DNA of 64,000 nucleotides from Acidobacteriota bacterium (GCA_965209055.1 OZ242374.1:2720001-2784000), one strand, 5' to 3'. Counted from the first letter of the stretch, positions 26,170 to 38,102 are shown. Numbers and translations are program-made. The notes: generated by a model from the letters alone, not told the origin.

Positions 26170-27768
26170 ATGAGATTTCGTCGAGCAGCCTGGGGTCTTG
26201 CGGGCATGGCGTTTGTCCTGCTGCGCGCCCTCGCGGCGCCGGCCTCGGACGAGCCGGTCGCGGTGGGCGGCGAGAAGCAACTATTCGTCGGACCCTGGAC
26301 CGAAGACGGCCGGGACGAGCATCTCGTCGCGTCCATGCGCAACGTCGCCATGCGGACCGGCGAGGCCATCGCCACCGGTAGGAGGGTGCCGCTGCCGGCG
26401 CCCGGATTCGTGGTTCGCGACGGATCCCTATACCGTCTCTATTACGGCGCGCCGGGCGTCGAATGCGACTATTGGAACCAGAAGCTCCACTGCAACCTCC
26501 TGCGTTACGCCGAGTCGGACGACGGCGTCGAGTGGCGGAAGCCGTCCCTGGGCCTGGTGGAGTGGGAGGGCTCGCGCGACAACAACATCCTGTTCCCCAA
26601 CGACGATTTTCCCTACGCCGTGGCCTCCGTCGGCGTCAACACCGTGTTCGTGGATCCCAATGCTTCCGGTCCCGCGGACCGGCTCAAAGCCAGCTACAAG
26701 CTCACTCCGCCCCGCGAACCCGATCCGGATGATGAAATGGAACCGCTTCCCGACGGAAAGGGGAAATACGGGTTCGTTTCCGACGACGGCATTCGCTGGA
26801 AGCGGATCACGGGCAAGCTGGGGACCTCGGGGGATGGGGGCTTCGAACCCTTCTGGGACGGGCGCATCGGCAAGTACGTGGCCTACAGCCGGGTCAAGAC
26901 CTTCGACGACCCGCGGCAGTTGGCCTACTACCACCGGGTCTACGGCGAGCGGGATATGGGCTGGCGGGCCCGGCTCCTCCGCATGGGCCGATCGGTGTCG
27001 GACGATTTCATTCACTGGACTCCGGAGGAGATCGTGCTGGCCCCCGACGACGTGGACGACGCCAATTCCGACGCTCCGAACCGCGTCGACTTCTACAGCC
27101 TGCCCGTGATCCAGTATACGAGCCGGGTCTACGTCGCCTTCGTATCCATCTACAGCCATTGGGAAGCCAAGATCAAAGAGGACGGATCGCTGAGCCAGTT
27201 CCCGGGGCGAGCCGACATCCAGTTGGCCACCAGCCGCGACGGGATCCGTTGGAGCCGGTCCCCGGGGCGGACCCCGTTCATTCGGCTGGGTCCGGAGGGG
27301 AGCTTCTGGGCCGGAATGCTCTTCGTGAAACGTCCGCTCCCGTCGGCGTCGGACCCGCGGATGGAGATCTACTTTGACGGTTGGCAGAAGGTCCACAACG
27401 ATCCGACCCGGACGGGAAAGCCGGTGCGGGGCGTGGCCGTCGCCCGGACCGACGGATTCATCGCGGCCGAAGCCGCGTATACCGGAGGGGAGCTGACGAC
27501 GAAGCCTCTGGTTTTCGAGGGGACAACGCTGCAGTTGAATGCGGACACCGGCGCCGGAGGGATCGTTCAGGTGGAGATTCAGGACGAGTCGGGACGACCG
27601 TTGGATGGCTTCACGGCGGCCGATGCCGACGAGGTCAACGGGAATTATCTCAGGGTCGCGGCGAGCTGGAGAGGCCGGTCCGACGTGGGCGGGTTGGAGG
27701 GACAACCGGTCCGGCTCCGTTTCATCATGCGGGACGCCCGGCTCTACTCCTTCCAGTTTGTCCGGTGA
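26170..27768 (+). CDS. secreted GH43/GH32-clan-like beta-propeller protein (paralog)
   Basis: '[15 protein letters not shown]', '[11 protein letters not shown]', 'RTDGF', 'LYSFQF'. Confidence 0.75.
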   Translation: MRFRRAAWGLAGMAFVLLRALAAPASDEPVAVGGEKQLFVGPWTEDGRDEHLVASMRNVAMRTGEAIATGRRVPLPAPGFVVRDGSLYRLYYGAPGVECDYWNQKLHCNLLRYAESDDGVEWRKPSLGLVEWEGSRDNNILFPNDDFPYAVASVGVNTVFVDPNASGPADRLKASYKLTPPREPDPDDEMEPLPDGKGKYGFVSDDGIRWKRITGKLGTSGDGGFEPFWDGRIGKYVAYSRVKTFDDPRQLAYYHRVYGERDMGWRARLLRMGRSVSDDFIHWTPEEIVLAPDDVDDANSDAPNRVDFYSLPVIQYTSRVYVAFVSIYSHWEAKIKEDGSLSQFPGRADIQLATSRDGIRWSRSPGRTPFIRLGPEGSFWAGMLFVKRPLPSASDPRMEIYFDGWQKVHNDPTRTGKPVRGVAVARTDGFIAAEAAYTGGELTTKPLVFEGTTLQLNADTGAGGIVQVEIQDESGRPLDGFTAADADEVNGNYLRVAASWRGRSDVGGLEGQPVRLRFIMRDARLYSFQFVR

Positions 27769-27848
27769 GGAGGGGCGATTTCCTAATCGCCCGTTCTTCG
27801 TTACTAGATTGTCACTTTGGAGATCGGCGGTTAGGAAACCGCCGCCCC
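27769..27848. repeat. REP-like palindrome pair (GGAG family)
   Basis: GGAGGGGCGATTTCCTAATCGCCC and CGGCGGTTAGGAAACCGCCG. Relatives at about 30356, 30936, 35707, 37246, 45256, 47641-47775, 49898, 52531 and 52899. Confidence 0.7.
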
Positions 27849-27919
27849 AGCAAGGATGCCGCCGCCCCAGCCTTGCGGCTTGTCCTGTACTCTCAGTATC
27901 TTACCGTCAGGAGGACGTC

Positions 27920-29782
27920 ATGCATCAGAGGGGATTCCGCAGCAGCATCACCACCCAGGGGCGGCGCATGGCCGGAGCCCGGGCTCTCTGGAGAGCCACC
28001 GGCATGAAGACGGAGGACTTCCGGAAACCCATCATCGCCATCGCCAACTCCTTTGCCCAGTTCGTCCCCGGCCACGTTCACCTGCATCCCATCGGCCAGA
28101 GGGTCAAACAGGTCATCGACGCCAGCGGCGGGTACGGAGTGGAGTTCAACACCATCGCCCTGGACGACGGCATCGCCATGGGGCACGACGGCATGCTCTA
28201 CTCCCTCCCCAGCCGCGAGCTGATTGCCGACAGCGTGGAGTACATGGTGAATGGCCACAAGGCCGACGCCCTGGTCTGCATCTCCAACTGCGACAAGATC
28301 ACTCCAGGCATGCTCCTGGGAGCCCTGCGGCTGAACCTGCCCACGATTTTCGTTTCGGGAGGTCCCATGGAGGCGGGCCGCGCCCTGCTGGCTTCGGGAC
28401 CGGCCAAGCTGGATCTGGTGGATTCCATGGTGGCCGCCGGTGACAGCCGGATCAGCGACGCCCAGGTGCTGAAAATGGAGGAAGAGGCCTGTCCCACCTG
28501 CGGGTCCTGCTCGGGCATGTTCACGGCCAACAGCATGAACTGTCTCAACGAAGCCATCGGCTTGGCGTTGCCCGGAAATGGGACCATCCTGGCGACCCAC
28601 GCGCTGCGCTGGCAGCTCTTCGAGCGGGCCGCCAAGCGCATCGTCCGGATGGCCCGGGCCTATTACCTGGAGGGGGACGAGTCGGTGCTGCCCCGGAATA
28701 TCGCCACCTTCGACGCCTTCGAGAACGCCATGAGTCTGGATATCGCCATGGGCGGGTCCACCAATACGGTGCTGCACATCCTGGCCATGGCGCGGGAGGC
28801 GGAAGTGGATTTCACCATGGCCGACATCGACCGCCTGTCCCGCCAGGTCCCCTGCATCTGCAAGGTGGCGCCGGCCACGGGCAAGTTTCACCTGGAGGAT
28901 GTGGCCCGCGCCGGCGGGATTCCGACCATTCTGGGAGAGCTCCAGCGCGCCGGGAAGATTCACTCCGGAGTGGGGACTGTCTCCGGGGACGACATGGAGA
29001 ACATGATTCGCAGGAACGACTTGCGGGACGGCAACGGCTCGCTTTGTGATTTCGCGCGCCGCCGGGCGCTGGCGGCTCCCGGAGGGGTTCGCACCCGGGA
29101 AGCGTTTTCTCAGGAGAGCTACTACCAGGCGTCCGACCTGGACTCGAGGGAAGGGTGCATCCGGTCGGCCGAGCACGCCTATTCCCAGGACGGAGGGCTG
29201 GCCGTCCTCTACGGCAATCTGGCCGAGGACGGGTGCATCGTGAAGACCGCCGGGGTGGACGAGTCGATCTGGGTCTTCGAGGGACCGGCCCGAGTCTTCG
29301 AGTCCCAGGAGGAAGCCTGCGACGGGATTCTGGGAGGAGGGGTCCAGGCCGGGGACGTGGTGGTGATCCGGTACGAAGGACCCAAAGGCGGTCCGGGGAT
29401 GCAGGAGATGCTCTATCCGACCTCCTACATCAAGGCCCGGCAACTGGGCGCCAAGTGCGCGCTGCTGACGGATGGGCGCTTCAGCGGTGGGACCAGCGGA
29501 TTGTCCATCGGACACGTCTCCCCCGAGGCGGCCGAGGGTGGAGCCATCGCCCTGGTGGAAGAGGGAGACCTGATCCGGATCGACATTCCCAACCGGACGC
29601 TGGAATTGGCGGTCTCGGACGAAGAGCTGACACGCCGCCGCCGGCAAACGGAAGCTCGGGGCCGGGACGCCTACCGTCCGAGCGACCGCCACCGTCCCAT
29701 CTCCCAGGCCCTGGCCGCCTATGCCGCTCTGACCACCAGCGCCGCCCAGGGCGCCGTCCGCGATATTTCCCAACTCGGTTAG
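27920..29782 (+). CDS. ilvD: dihydroxy-acid dehydratase
   Basis: '[11 protein letters not shown]', 'CDKITPG', '[18 protein letters not shown]', '[14 protein letters not shown]', 'TDGRFSGG'. Confidence 0.97.
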   Translation: MHQRGFRSSITTQGRRMAGARALWRATGMKTEDFRKPIIAIANSFAQFVPGHVHLHPIGQRVKQVIDASGGYGVEFNTIALDDGIAMGHDGMLYSLPSRELIADSVEYMVNGHKADALVCISNCDKITPGMLLGALRLNLPTIFVSGGPMEAGRALLASGPAKLDLVDSMVAAGDSRISDAQVLKMEEEACPTCGSCSGMFTANSMNCLNEAIGLALPGNGTILATHALRWQLFERAAKRIVRMARAYYLEGDESVLPRNIATFDAFENAMSLDIAMGGSTNTVLHILAMAREAEVDFTMADIDRLSRQVPCICKVAPATGKFHLEDVARAGGIPTILGELQRAGKIHSGVGTVSGDDMENMIRRNDLRDGNGSLCDFARRRALAAPGGVRTREAFSQESYYQASDLDSREGCIRSAEHAYSQDGGLAVLYGNLAEDGCIVKTAGVDESIWVFEGPARVFESQEEACDGILGGGVQAGDVVVIRYEGPKGGPGMQEMLYPTSYIKARQLGAKCALLTDGRFSGGTSGLSIGHVSPEAAEGGAIALVEEGDLIRIDIPNRTLELAVSDEELTRRRRQTEARGRDAYRPSDRHRPISQALAAYAALTTSAAQGAVRDISQLG

Positions 29783-30025
29783 AGGACGGCCCGAAACTCC
29801 CGGCGAAGTAAGACAGGCGTCTTTCAGGCGCCAACTGGGTAGAGGACGGTCCGAATTTGGTGACGAAATCAGAATTAATGACGGCTTGAAGCAAATTTTT
29901 TTGACACTGTTGTTTTCATTTCAGCGGTGGTATAACTCACCCAATCTTGCGCCATTGTCTTCTATATCCACAGCGGAGCCGATGTTGCGTACCACCACAA
30001 CTTTCTATTGGGGGGAGGATTATCC

Positions 30026-30346
30026 ATGGGTAGAATCATCGTTGCGTTGACCGTCCTGGTGGCCATCATCGAGGGTGTGGGCAACCTGGACACGGGAGGC
30101 ATACTCGCCTTGGCCCTGGTCGTCCTGGGTATCATCTACGCGATAACCCAGATCGATCCCGAAGATGCGACTGGCGTGTTGGTCGTTGTCATCGCCTCCG
30201 GTGCTGCCGTGAGTTCGGGCGCGTTGGAAAACATCCCCGCGATTGGCGGGCCCGTGAACGCTATTCTCGGACAGATCGTCATGTCGCTGCATGCGGTTGC
30301 CGCCACCGTTCTCGTGTTGAGAATCATCAACCGGCTCAAGGGCTGA
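30026..30346 (+). CDS. small hydrophobic (about 4 TM) protein, copy 1
   Basis: GGAGG RBS; paralog at 30595. Confidence 0.8.
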   Translation: MGRIIVALTVLVAIIEGVGNLDTGGILALALVVLGIIYAITQIDPEDATGVLVVVIASGAAVSSGALENIPAIGGPVNAILGQIVMSLHAVAATVLVLRIINRLKG

Positions 30347-30594
30347 ACTACGTGAAGAGGGGCGGTTTCCAGCCGCTCCTCTCCCTTCTCACCTCATCAT
30401 CGCACGTCCGACGGGAAGCTCGGCTGAGCCTGTGACAAGTGAGGCGACTCCGGGTTTTTTTGCTTGACCCTGTTGTTTTCATTTCAGCCGTGGTATAAAT
30501 CTCGCAACCTTGCGCTATTGTCTTCCATATCCACAGCGAAAACGAAGCCGACGTAGCGTGTCACCACAACTTTCTTTTGGGGGGAGGAACATCC

Positions 30595-30924
30595 ATGGGT
30601 AGAATCATCGTCGCGTTGACCGTCTTGGTGGCAATCATCGAGGGTGTGGCCAAACCGGAGACAGGAGGCATACTCGCCTTGGCCTTGGTCGTCCTGGGTA
30701 TTGTCTATGCCATAACCGAGGTCGATGCTGAAAATGCGACTGGCGAGCTAGCCGTTGTCATCGCCTCCGGTGCTGCCGTGAGTTCGGGCGCGTTGGGCGG
30801 GTTGGACATTATCGCGGGGATTGGCGGACACATCAACGCCATTCTCGGACAGATTGTCGTGGCGCTTTATGCTGGAGCGGCCACTGTGCTCGTGGTGAGG
30901 ATCATCAACCGGCTCAAGGGCTAA
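30595..30924 (+). CDS. small hydrophobic (about 4 TM) protein, copy 2
   Basis: Same termini as copy 1 (MGRIIVALTVLVAIIEGV ... RIINRLKG). Confidence 0.8.
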   Translation: MGRIIVALTVLVAIIEGVAKPETGGILALALVVLGIVYAITEVDAENATGELAVVIASGAAVSSGALGGLDIIAGIGGHINAILGQIVVALYAGAATVLVVRIINRLKG

Positions 30925-31171
30925 GTTTTATGGTGAGGAGCGGCGTCCTGCCGCTCCTCACCCCCTCACACCTCTTTCGTAATACGCAAGGCGGAAAAGC
31001 TCGGCGCTGGGGACAAGGGCTGAGCAATTCCTCTCAATCGCCGGACCTCCTTCGTCCATCCGGTTCGGCGCACCGTCGGCATACGTCCGCCTTCATCGCC
31101 TTCCTGCGTCCCTATGCCGGGGTTTCCGGCCGTCTCTTCGCTTTGTTTCTCCAGCCTCTTTCGCGCTTTTT

Positions 31172-34100
31172 CTAGAAGTAGAACTTGAGCGCCCCCTGTA
31201 GCTGCCGGGCCGGTTGGGCTTTCCCCAGAGCCCCGAACTCGGAGGTTCCGAACTCACCGGTCTTGGACTGGCCCGTCAACACGAAGTTGGGATGGTTGGT
31301 GGCGTTGAAGGCCTCCAGGCGCAGCTCCAGCCGCCGGCTTTCCTGGAACTGAAAGGTGCGCCGGAGTGAAAGGTCCAGATTGATGACGCCCGGTCCCTCC
31401 ACCGAGCTCCGTCCGGCGTTCCCGTATTGGAACATCTCCGGACGCCGGAACGCCCCGGTGTCGAACCACCGGGAGGGAGTCCGCTCCGAGTCGGCAAGGT
31501 TGGGATTCCGAATCCGGTCCGGCCATTGAGAATGGTAGGAGCCGGTGTCCAGCGTGTCGCCGGGCAGGTAGACGGTAAACCAGCCGCCGTCCTGGAAGCT
31601 GGCGATGGCCCGAATCGACCAGCCGCCGAGAATCTTCGCCATGGCCCCCTTGGAAAGAAAGGCGCGTCCGGCGCCGAAGGGCAGATCGTAGCCGGCGGTC
31701 ACCATCACTCGTCTGGGCGCATGAGATTCGGAAAGGGCCCGGTTGGCGGCATGCGGCATGTTGCGGGATCGGAATCGGCGGCGCGAGGGCGGGCCCTGGT
31801 ATCCGCCCCCGTTGTCGATCTGCCGGGACCAGTCGAAAACCAACAGGGCCGAGAGTCCGTAGCGGTCCGGCCGCTTCTCCACCTGCAACTGCATGCCGTG
31901 AAACCAGGCGTCCGCGTCGGCAAAGGGCATCTCGACGTTTTGCAGTTCGGGGTAAGGACGGCGCCGGCTCCGGTCCCCCGGACCGGGGACCGCATCGTTC
32001 AGAGAGATGGTCTCCAGACGGTTTATGGAACGAGATCCCAGGTACCCCACCTGCAAGAGGACGCCCGGAGACCACCGGTGTTGAAGGCTCAGCCCCCAGG
32101 AATGGGTGGCCGCCAGCCGAAGGGGCGTCTCCATCCCCGAGTGGTTGGGAGCTGCCGAGTCCGCCAGGCTTTCCGGAAACGGATCTGACAATCTCAAGGT
32201 GGCCTCCTCCAGGGGCGCCAGGAACACTAGGCGCCGAGCCCCCGGACGTGGATTCTTGGCCATTTCCTGAACCATGTTCAGATCGGGCTCATTGGAATAG
32301 ATTCCGTAGCCGCTTCTCAGCACCGTGGCGTTTCCGAGCCGATACGAAATCCCCAGACGGGGAAGGATGGCGGCGGCCCGGTTCCACTCGACCAGGGGGA
32401 AACCGGGTTCGAAGCGGCCGGTTTGGGGAGCCGGCGGGTCCGCATCCACGAGCGGGGGAGTCAGACGTCCCTCGGCCACGTCGAAGTTGGCCATGAAGCC
32501 CCGCTTGTCCCGCCAGGGGAGCCGAAGCTCGTATCGCAGTCCCAGCGTGAGGGTCAGCCTGGGGCGGACCCTCCACACGTCCTTGAAGTAGAAATAGAAG
32601 CTGTTCTGGTGGAAGTTGCCCCGGAAGTCCTCGCCGCCCAACTCGGTGCGCGCCGGATGTCCCAGCAGAAAGTCGGCGAACGCGTTTCCCGTATACCGGC
32701 TGAAGAACTCGAATCGGGAACGGCGCTGCATGACGTAGAAGTTGTAGTGCTGCCGGAATTCGACCCCTCCGCGCAGCGTATGGTTGCCGCGGGACCAGGA
32801 GACGTCGTCCTTGACCTGCCAGTTCCCCAGGTTGGCGTGCCCCACGGCGCCCGAGTCGCCGATTCCGGTGTAACCCTGGATGACGATGGAGGGAACGCCG
32901 CTCCGGTCGGCCTCGCTCTTCAGCAGTTGCGGAATGCCGAGACCCAGAGGGACTTGGGGCTTGGGTCGGGACGGACCGGCGATGTAGGGGCGGAAGAACC
33001 AGTGGATGCTGGCCGCGTTGATCAGTCCGTTGCCCAGGGTCCTGGTGTTGGAGACCGATTGTCCGTAGCTCCGCAGGGGCTGTACCGCAGAAAAGACGCT
33101 GAATGTCCGAGGGGAAACCTGGGGACTCGAATCCCAGATGAAGCGGCCGGCCCATCGGCTGCGGGGCGAGGTCGCAAGGTCCACGCGCGAGATGATCTGG
33201 GGATTGTCCAGGTTTGCCGTCGAATCGGGACTGGTGAAGTTCAGGGGGCCGGGCGTATTCGGAGACGGCCAGAAGTGGAGGAGCTTCGTAGACACGGGAT
33301 CCAGGCGTTGCCGGGGCAGCCGGCCGTCCGGGAACGGTTTCCCGGTCGTCGGGTCCAGGATGGCCGATGAGAACTCGCCCCGCTTTTCGGCGTCGGTGGG
33401 AACGACGCCGGTCAACGGCCGGGTCTCCCGAATCGACCGGAGCTGGTAGGAGACGAAGAACCAGGCCTGGTCCGCCCCGTCGTACAGACCGGGGATCAGG
33501 ACCGGACCTCCCAGGGTCGCACCCAACTGGTTGCGCTTGAATTCGGCCTTCCCCTGTTCGAAGAAATTGCGGGCGTCCAGGTTGTCGTTCCGGTGAAACC
33601 AGTACAGGTTTCCGTGAAACTGGTTGCTGCCGCTCTTCGTCACCGCCGTGATCTGGCCGCCGGGACGCACGCCGTACTCGGCCGAATAGAGGCCGGTCTT
33701 CACGTCGAATTCCTGCAAGGCGTCGGTGCTCGCCTTGAACGGGGTATCGCCGTCTCCGTGGGTGAAGAGGGTGCCGTCGATATAGGTGAGATTGTCCTTG
33801 AACCTCATCCCCATGACCTGGACGTTGCCCCCCCTCGAAGCCGAGGGAGCAGCCCCCGCCGCCAGACCGGCCAGCTTTCCCATGTCGCGGGCGTTGACCG
33901 GCAAAGAGTCGAGTTTCTCCTGGTCGATGACCTGTCCCAGATCCGTCCTCCCGGCTCCCAGCAGAGCCGGCCCCGCTTGTTCGACCGAGGTTTCGGCGGC
34001 GTCCCCCCGCCGGAGTCGGAAATCCGCCCGGAGGGACTGTCCCACCAACAGATCCAGGTCCCGAAGAACCATGGTCCCAAATCCCGACGACGCCACGGCC

Positions 34101-34342
34101 ACCTCGTACTTTCCCACCGGGAGGCCGTCGCGCCGAAAATAGCCCGCCGGGCTGGTGAGAAGCTCGACGGCCTGATTCGTGTCCTGGTGTCTCAGGCTGA
34201 CCTGGGCATTCGCCGCGGGAGATCCGTCCGGCAGCAGGACCCGGCCCAGAATGGTGCCGGTGTCGATCTGGGCCATCAGGAGAACGCCGGCCGCGAGGCA
34301 GACGGCCAGAGCCGGCGCCGGAAGTATTCGAATGAGCCTCAT
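31172..34342 (-). CDS. Oar-like TonB-dependent receptor with carboxypeptidase-regulatory-like N-domain
   Basis: 'DTGTILGRV', 'TKSGSNQFHG..Y.FHRN..LDARNFF', C-terminal 'RQLQGALKFYF'. Confidence 0.92.
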   Translation of the reverse strand: MRLIRILPAPALAVCLAAGVLLMAQIDTGTILGRVLLPDGSPAANAQVSLRHQDTNQAVELLTSPAGYFRRDGLPVGKYEVAVASSGFGTMVLRDLDLLVGQSLRADFRLRRGDAAETSVEQAGPALLGAGRTDLGQVIDQEKLDSLPVNARDMGKLAGLAAGAAPSASRGGNVQVMGMRFKDNLTYIDGTLFTHGDGDTPFKASTDALQEFDVKTGLYSAEYGVRPGGQITAVTKSGSNQFHGNLYWFHRNDNLDARNFFEQGKAEFKRNQLGATLGGPVLIPGLYDGADQAWFFVSYQLRSIRETRPLTGVVPTDAEKRGEFSSAILDPTTGKPFPDGRLPRQRLDPVSTKLLHFWPSPNTPGPLNFTSPDSTANLDNPQIISRVDLATSPRSRWAGRFIWDSSPQVSPRTFSVFSAVQPLRSYGQSVSNTRTLGNGLINAASIHWFFRPYIAGPSRPKPQVPLGLGIPQLLKSEADRSGVPSIVIQGYTGIGDSGAVGHANLGNWQVKDDVSWSRGNHTLRGGVEFRQHYNFYVMQRRSRFEFFSRYTGNAFADFLLGHPARTELGGEDFRGNFHQNSFYFYFKDVWRVRPRLTLTLGLRYELRLPWRDKRGFMANFDVAEGRLTPPLVDADPPAPQTGRFEPGFPLVEWNRAAAILPRLGISYRLGNATVLRSGYGIYSNEPDLNMVQEMAKNPRPGARRLVFLAPLEEATLRLSDPFPESLADSAAPNHSGMETPLRLAATHSWGLSLQHRWSPGVLLQVGYLGSRSINRLETISLNDAVPGPGDRSRRRPYPELQNVEMPFADADAWFHGMQLQVEKRPDRYGLSALLVFDWSRQIDNGGGYQGPPSRRRFRSRNMPHAANRALSESHAPRRVMVTAGYDLPFGAGRAFLSKGAMAKILGGWSIRAIASFQDGGWFTVYLPGDTLDTGSYHSQWPDRIRNPNLADSERTPSRWFDTGAFRRPEMFQYGNAGRSSVEGPGVINLDLSLRRTFQFQESRRLELRLEAFNATNHPNFVLTGQSKTGEFGTSEFGALGKAQPARQLQGALKFYF

Positions 34343-34478
34343 GACAACTAATCCGCGCTCCATGATACCTGTTGGCGAATTGCTTCCCATGTCCGCGGCA
34401 CTTGCTCCCGCTTGCGTAGCAATGGCCTTTCCTGGACACTCGGGTCCCAACCTGCCCAGCGACAAGAGGAAGGAAACC

Positions 34479-35702
34479 ATGAATCGAAGAAGCTTCGTCG
34501 GTTCGGTGGCCGGGACTGCCGGGTTTGCCGCCGCCATGGCCCAGGACGCTCAAGCAGAGGCGCATCAGGCCCTGTCGGAGATGCGAATCACCCGGATTCG
34601 CTTCTACGAGGCCCCCTCCCGCGTCATGTTCAATCAGAGCGCCCACGTTTCTCTCGTCGAAACCAATCAGGGCATCGTGGGGGTGGGCGAAGGGGGATCG
34701 GCGGACACCATCCGCCAGTGCGCCGGCCTGCTCATCGGAGAGAACCCGGCCCGCATCGAGCATCTGTGGCAGCTCATGTACCGGGGGCACTTCTATCCCC
34801 CCGGACGGGAGAAAATCCACGCCCTGGGCGCACTGGACCTGGCGCTCTGGGACATCCGGGGCAAGGCTCTCGGCGTCCCCGTCTACCACCTGCTTGGAGG
34901 CCCGGTTCGGAAGCACATCGAGTGTTATTCGACGGGATTCGGGGGCTACAAGACGACACGGGATGCAGCCCGCGCCTGCATGGACGCCGGTTTTCGGGCC
35001 TTTAGAACCAGCACTCGGGGTTCGGGTGACCAGTACAACCCACGCCAATCCGTTCGCGACACCTACAAGCTCTGCGTCGAGGTTCGAAAAGGGGTCGGCC
35101 CCGACGGCGATTGGGCCGTCGACTACCACACGCGTCTGGACATGCCCGACGCCATCCGGCTCTCCACCCTCATCGAAGACCTGGAGCCCTACTTCGTCGA
35201 AGACCTGATCCGCAGCGAGAATCCGGGCGTCTACCGGCAGTTGCGCCCTCAGGTGAAGGTGCCCATCGCCGTGGGCGAGCAGTTCGGCGACCGCTGGGAC
35301 ATCAACGAGCTGATCGAGGAACGGCTCATCGACTATTCGAGAGTCTCCCTCCCCAATGCCGGCGGCATCACCGAGTTCATGAAGATCGCCGTCCTTTGCG
35401 AGACCCACTACGTCGGATTGATCCCCCATTTCACCGGCCCGATTGCCACCGCCGCCCTGGTGCATGCCTGCAACGCCTTTCCGGGGCCCGTCCTGACGGA
35501 GATGCGGGGCAGCCGGAAAAAGGATCTGGCCCACCTGCCGGTGAGCTACGACTTCCGGGGGGGAAAACTCTGGCCCACCGACCGGCCGGGCCTGGGTGTC
35601 GTGGTCGATACGAAACCCCTGAAGCTGGTGGCCGAAGTCACGGAGCCGATGGCAGGCGCCCCTTTGAATCGGCGTCCCGACGGCTCCATCACGAACTGGT
35701 GA
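34479..35702 (+). CDS. Tat-exported mandelate racemase/galactonate dehydratase-like enzyme
   Basis: 'MNRRSFV', 'DLALWDIRGKALGVPVY.LLGG', 'VDYH', 'FVED', 'AVGEQ'. Confidence 0.88.
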   Translation: MNRRSFVGSVAGTAGFAAAMAQDAQAEAHQALSEMRITRIRFYEAPSRVMFNQSAHVSLVETNQGIVGVGEGGSADTIRQCAGLLIGENPARIEHLWQLMYRGHFYPPGREKIHALGALDLALWDIRGKALGVPVYHLLGGPVRKHIECYSTGFGGYKTTRDAARACMDAGFRAFRTSTRGSGDQYNPRQSVRDTYKLCVEVRKGVGPDGDWAVDYHTRLDMPDAIRLSTLIEDLEPYFVEDLIRSENPGVYRQLRPQVKVPIAVGEQFGDRWDINELIEERLIDYSRVSLPNAGGITEFMKIAVLCETHYVGLIPHFTGPIATAALVHACNAFPGPVLTEMRGSRKKDLAHLPVSYDFRGGKLWPTDRPGLGVVVDTKPLKLVAEVTEPMAGAPLNRRPDGSITNW

Positions 35703-35765
35703 CGATAGGAGCGGGGGTTGTTAACCCCCGATTCCGACTCGTCAATGACGAGAGGGATCGGTGAC

Positions 35766-37247
35766 ATGGCATCGCGGGTGAATCGTCGGATCTTCCTGGG
35801 GACCGGGATGGGTGGGGCGGCGCTCGTCTCACGGTTCTCTCACTCCCAATCGGCGTTGACTGTCGGCGACCGCGCCCAGTTGCTCTGGGACGATCACTTG
35901 GTGGACCGGAAAGCGGGCGTCCGGCTCAGCATCACCCCCGCCCGGGCCGACCACCTCCGCCTGGTTTCGCCCGACGTTCCGACCGACCAGGACGGCGTGT
36001 GGGCCTGGGTCACTGTCGGAGACGAGGGCGGCCGGGTGCGGATGTGGTACTCGGGCCGCGCCCTGGGCGATCCGGCCGAAGTCAGCCGGTTCTGCTACGC
36101 CGAGTCGGAGGACGGCGTCCATTGGGACAAGCCCGCCTGTGGGGTCACCTCGTTTCAAGGCAACCGGCGCAACAACATCGTCCTCACCGTCCAGCACGAA
36201 GGGGGCGTATTCCTGGATCCGTCCGCCGGACCGGGCCAACGGTACAAGTGTGTCTTTGGAGAACGGGACAGGAAGCGCGGTTACGGGCACCGGATGACCC
36301 TTCCGCTTCGGGGAGGATCCCGGGATTGGCTGGGCCCCACCATCGAGGGAGCGTCGTCACCGGACGGCATCCATTGGACCAAGGGGCCCGGTCCTCTGAT
36401 GGACTGGTACACCGACACCTGCAACGTCTGCTACTACGACACCCGGCTGAAAAAGTACGTCTGCTTCGTTCGCGACAACCAGTATCCCCGCTTCAAGGGC
36501 GGAGCCATCCGCTGTATCGGCCGCACCGAGAGCGAGACCTTCGGCGACTTCCCACGCCCGGAGCGTGTCCTGGCGCCCGACCGGGACGATCCGCCGGGGA
36601 TGGACCTCTACAATTCGGCGGCCCAGCCCTACCCGTTCGCCGACGGGTTTTATCTGCTGTTCCCGTCGGCCTACTACCACGACACGGACAACCTGGAGAT
36701 TCAGATCGCCACCAGCCGGGACAGCGTGCGTTGGCGGAGGCCCGACCGGAGTCCGTTTCTGAGTCCCGGCAGGGAAGGGGACTTCGACAGCCGCATGGTC
36801 TACATGGGCGTTGGAATGATTTCCCGCAGGGACGAGATCTGGATGTACTACGGCGGCTTCGACGTGGGCCATGAACAGGTCAAGCGGGCGCCCGGCATGG
36901 GAGGCGTCGGCCGGGTCAGGTTCCTGCGGCACCGGATCGTCGCCCAGGCGGCCGAGTCGGCCCTTGGCCACCTGGTCACGAAGCCGCTGATCTTCTCGGG
37001 CCGGCATCTGCAACTGAACGCCGATTGCGGAGCCGGCGGCCGGATCCGGGTCGGCGTCCTGGGGCTGGACGGCGCCCCGGTCCCGGGTCTCGGCTTGGAG
37101 GAATGCGAGCCGCTTATCGGCGATGTCCTGCGAGGCGTGGTCCGGTGGAAATCAGACGCGCGACTCTCCGACCTGGCCGGAAAACCGGTCCAACTCAGCT
37201 TTCGCCTGCAGCGGCGAGCCCGCCTCCACGCCTTCCGTTTCCGATAG
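35766..37247 (+). CDS. Tat-exported GH43/GH32-clan-like beta-propeller protein
   Basis: 'VNRRIFL', 'YAESEDGVHWDKP', 'QIATSRD'. Confidence 0.75.
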   Translation: MASRVNRRIFLGTGMGGAALVSRFSHSQSALTVGDRAQLLWDDHLVDRKAGVRLSITPARADHLRLVSPDVPTDQDGVWAWVTVGDEGGRVRMWYSGRALGDPAEVSRFCYAESEDGVHWDKPACGVTSFQGNRRNNIVLTVQHEGGVFLDPSAGPGQRYKCVFGERDRKRGYGHRMTLPLRGGSRDWLGPTIEGASSPDGIHWTKGPGPLMDWYTDTCNVCYYDTRLKKYVCFVRDNQYPRFKGGAIRCIGRTESETFGDFPRPERVLAPDRDDPPGMDLYNSAAQPYPFADGFYLLFPSAYYHDTDNLEIQIATSRDSVRWRRPDRSPFLSPGREGDFDSRMVYMGVGMISRRDEIWMYYGGFDVGHEQVKRAPGMGGVGRVRFLRHRIVAQAAESALGHLVTKPLIFSGRHLQLNADCGAGGRIRVGVLGLDGAPVPGLGLEECEPLIGDVLRGVVRWKSDARLSDLAGKPVQLSFRLQRRARLHAFRFR

Positions 37248-38102
37248 GAGGGGGGACTTTCCTGTCCCCCCGTCTTCTTTCATCGGGGATGTAGAGGGAG
37301 GATTGCCGACCCCTTTACGAAATATTCTCTTAAGCATCTGATAATAAGAGAGTTATAGTCTATTCTCCCGAACTGGTTCCCTCATTGCATCCCACGTCCT
37401 AAACGGGATTCCATGCGACCGTATTGGAGGTTCGTGGACCCCATGGACGAGTTTCGAGCTTCGACTCCAATGTCTGAAGAGCTTGTGCGCTCCGGGAATT
37501 GGGGACCTACATTCGGTGCCGACCGGGGCCGTTTGGCCAGTACTTGCTGAAGACGTATCGGCTTCTTCCCCGGCGATCCTTCACCTTCTAGATGCCCATG
37601 CATCTCCTTCTTTCCGGATCCGGGTTCTTCGGCGTGGGACGGATCGTACCACGGCTTCCAGAGAATCAACGCAGGCGTTCAAGTCCTCCAGTGCGAAGGA
37701 GTCCGGCAGGCGGTGTCGAGTCCGGCTCTGGCGTTGATGAGGTTCAGCTCGGCCAGTTTGAGAATCGTGCCAATGGCCCTGCCCAGATACTGGGCGGCGG
37801 TGGACCCTCTGAAAAGCCTCCGGTCGGGCACCTTCCGGAACCTGAACGTAGACACGCCTGCGAGGGGGAACGGTGGCCAATGGCCCCCCTCAGTTTTGGC
37901 CAGAGAGCCAGGATGTCAGCCATACGTCGTGCTCCGCGCCGCCAGACTCATCGGATTCAATCAAGTCCCCCCGCCGATTTATGCCGATGCCTCACAGCAG
38001 CGGAGAAGAGGTACAAGCTGGGAGGATCGATCGAGGTCGAAAGCCGGCTCGATGGCGCGGGCAGCCTGCTGGAACCCAAACTTGAAATCACGCCACCGGC
38101 TG

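Noticed and set aside
37382-38100. Several overlapping short ORFs
   Set aside because: None could be assigned; probably decayed sequence.
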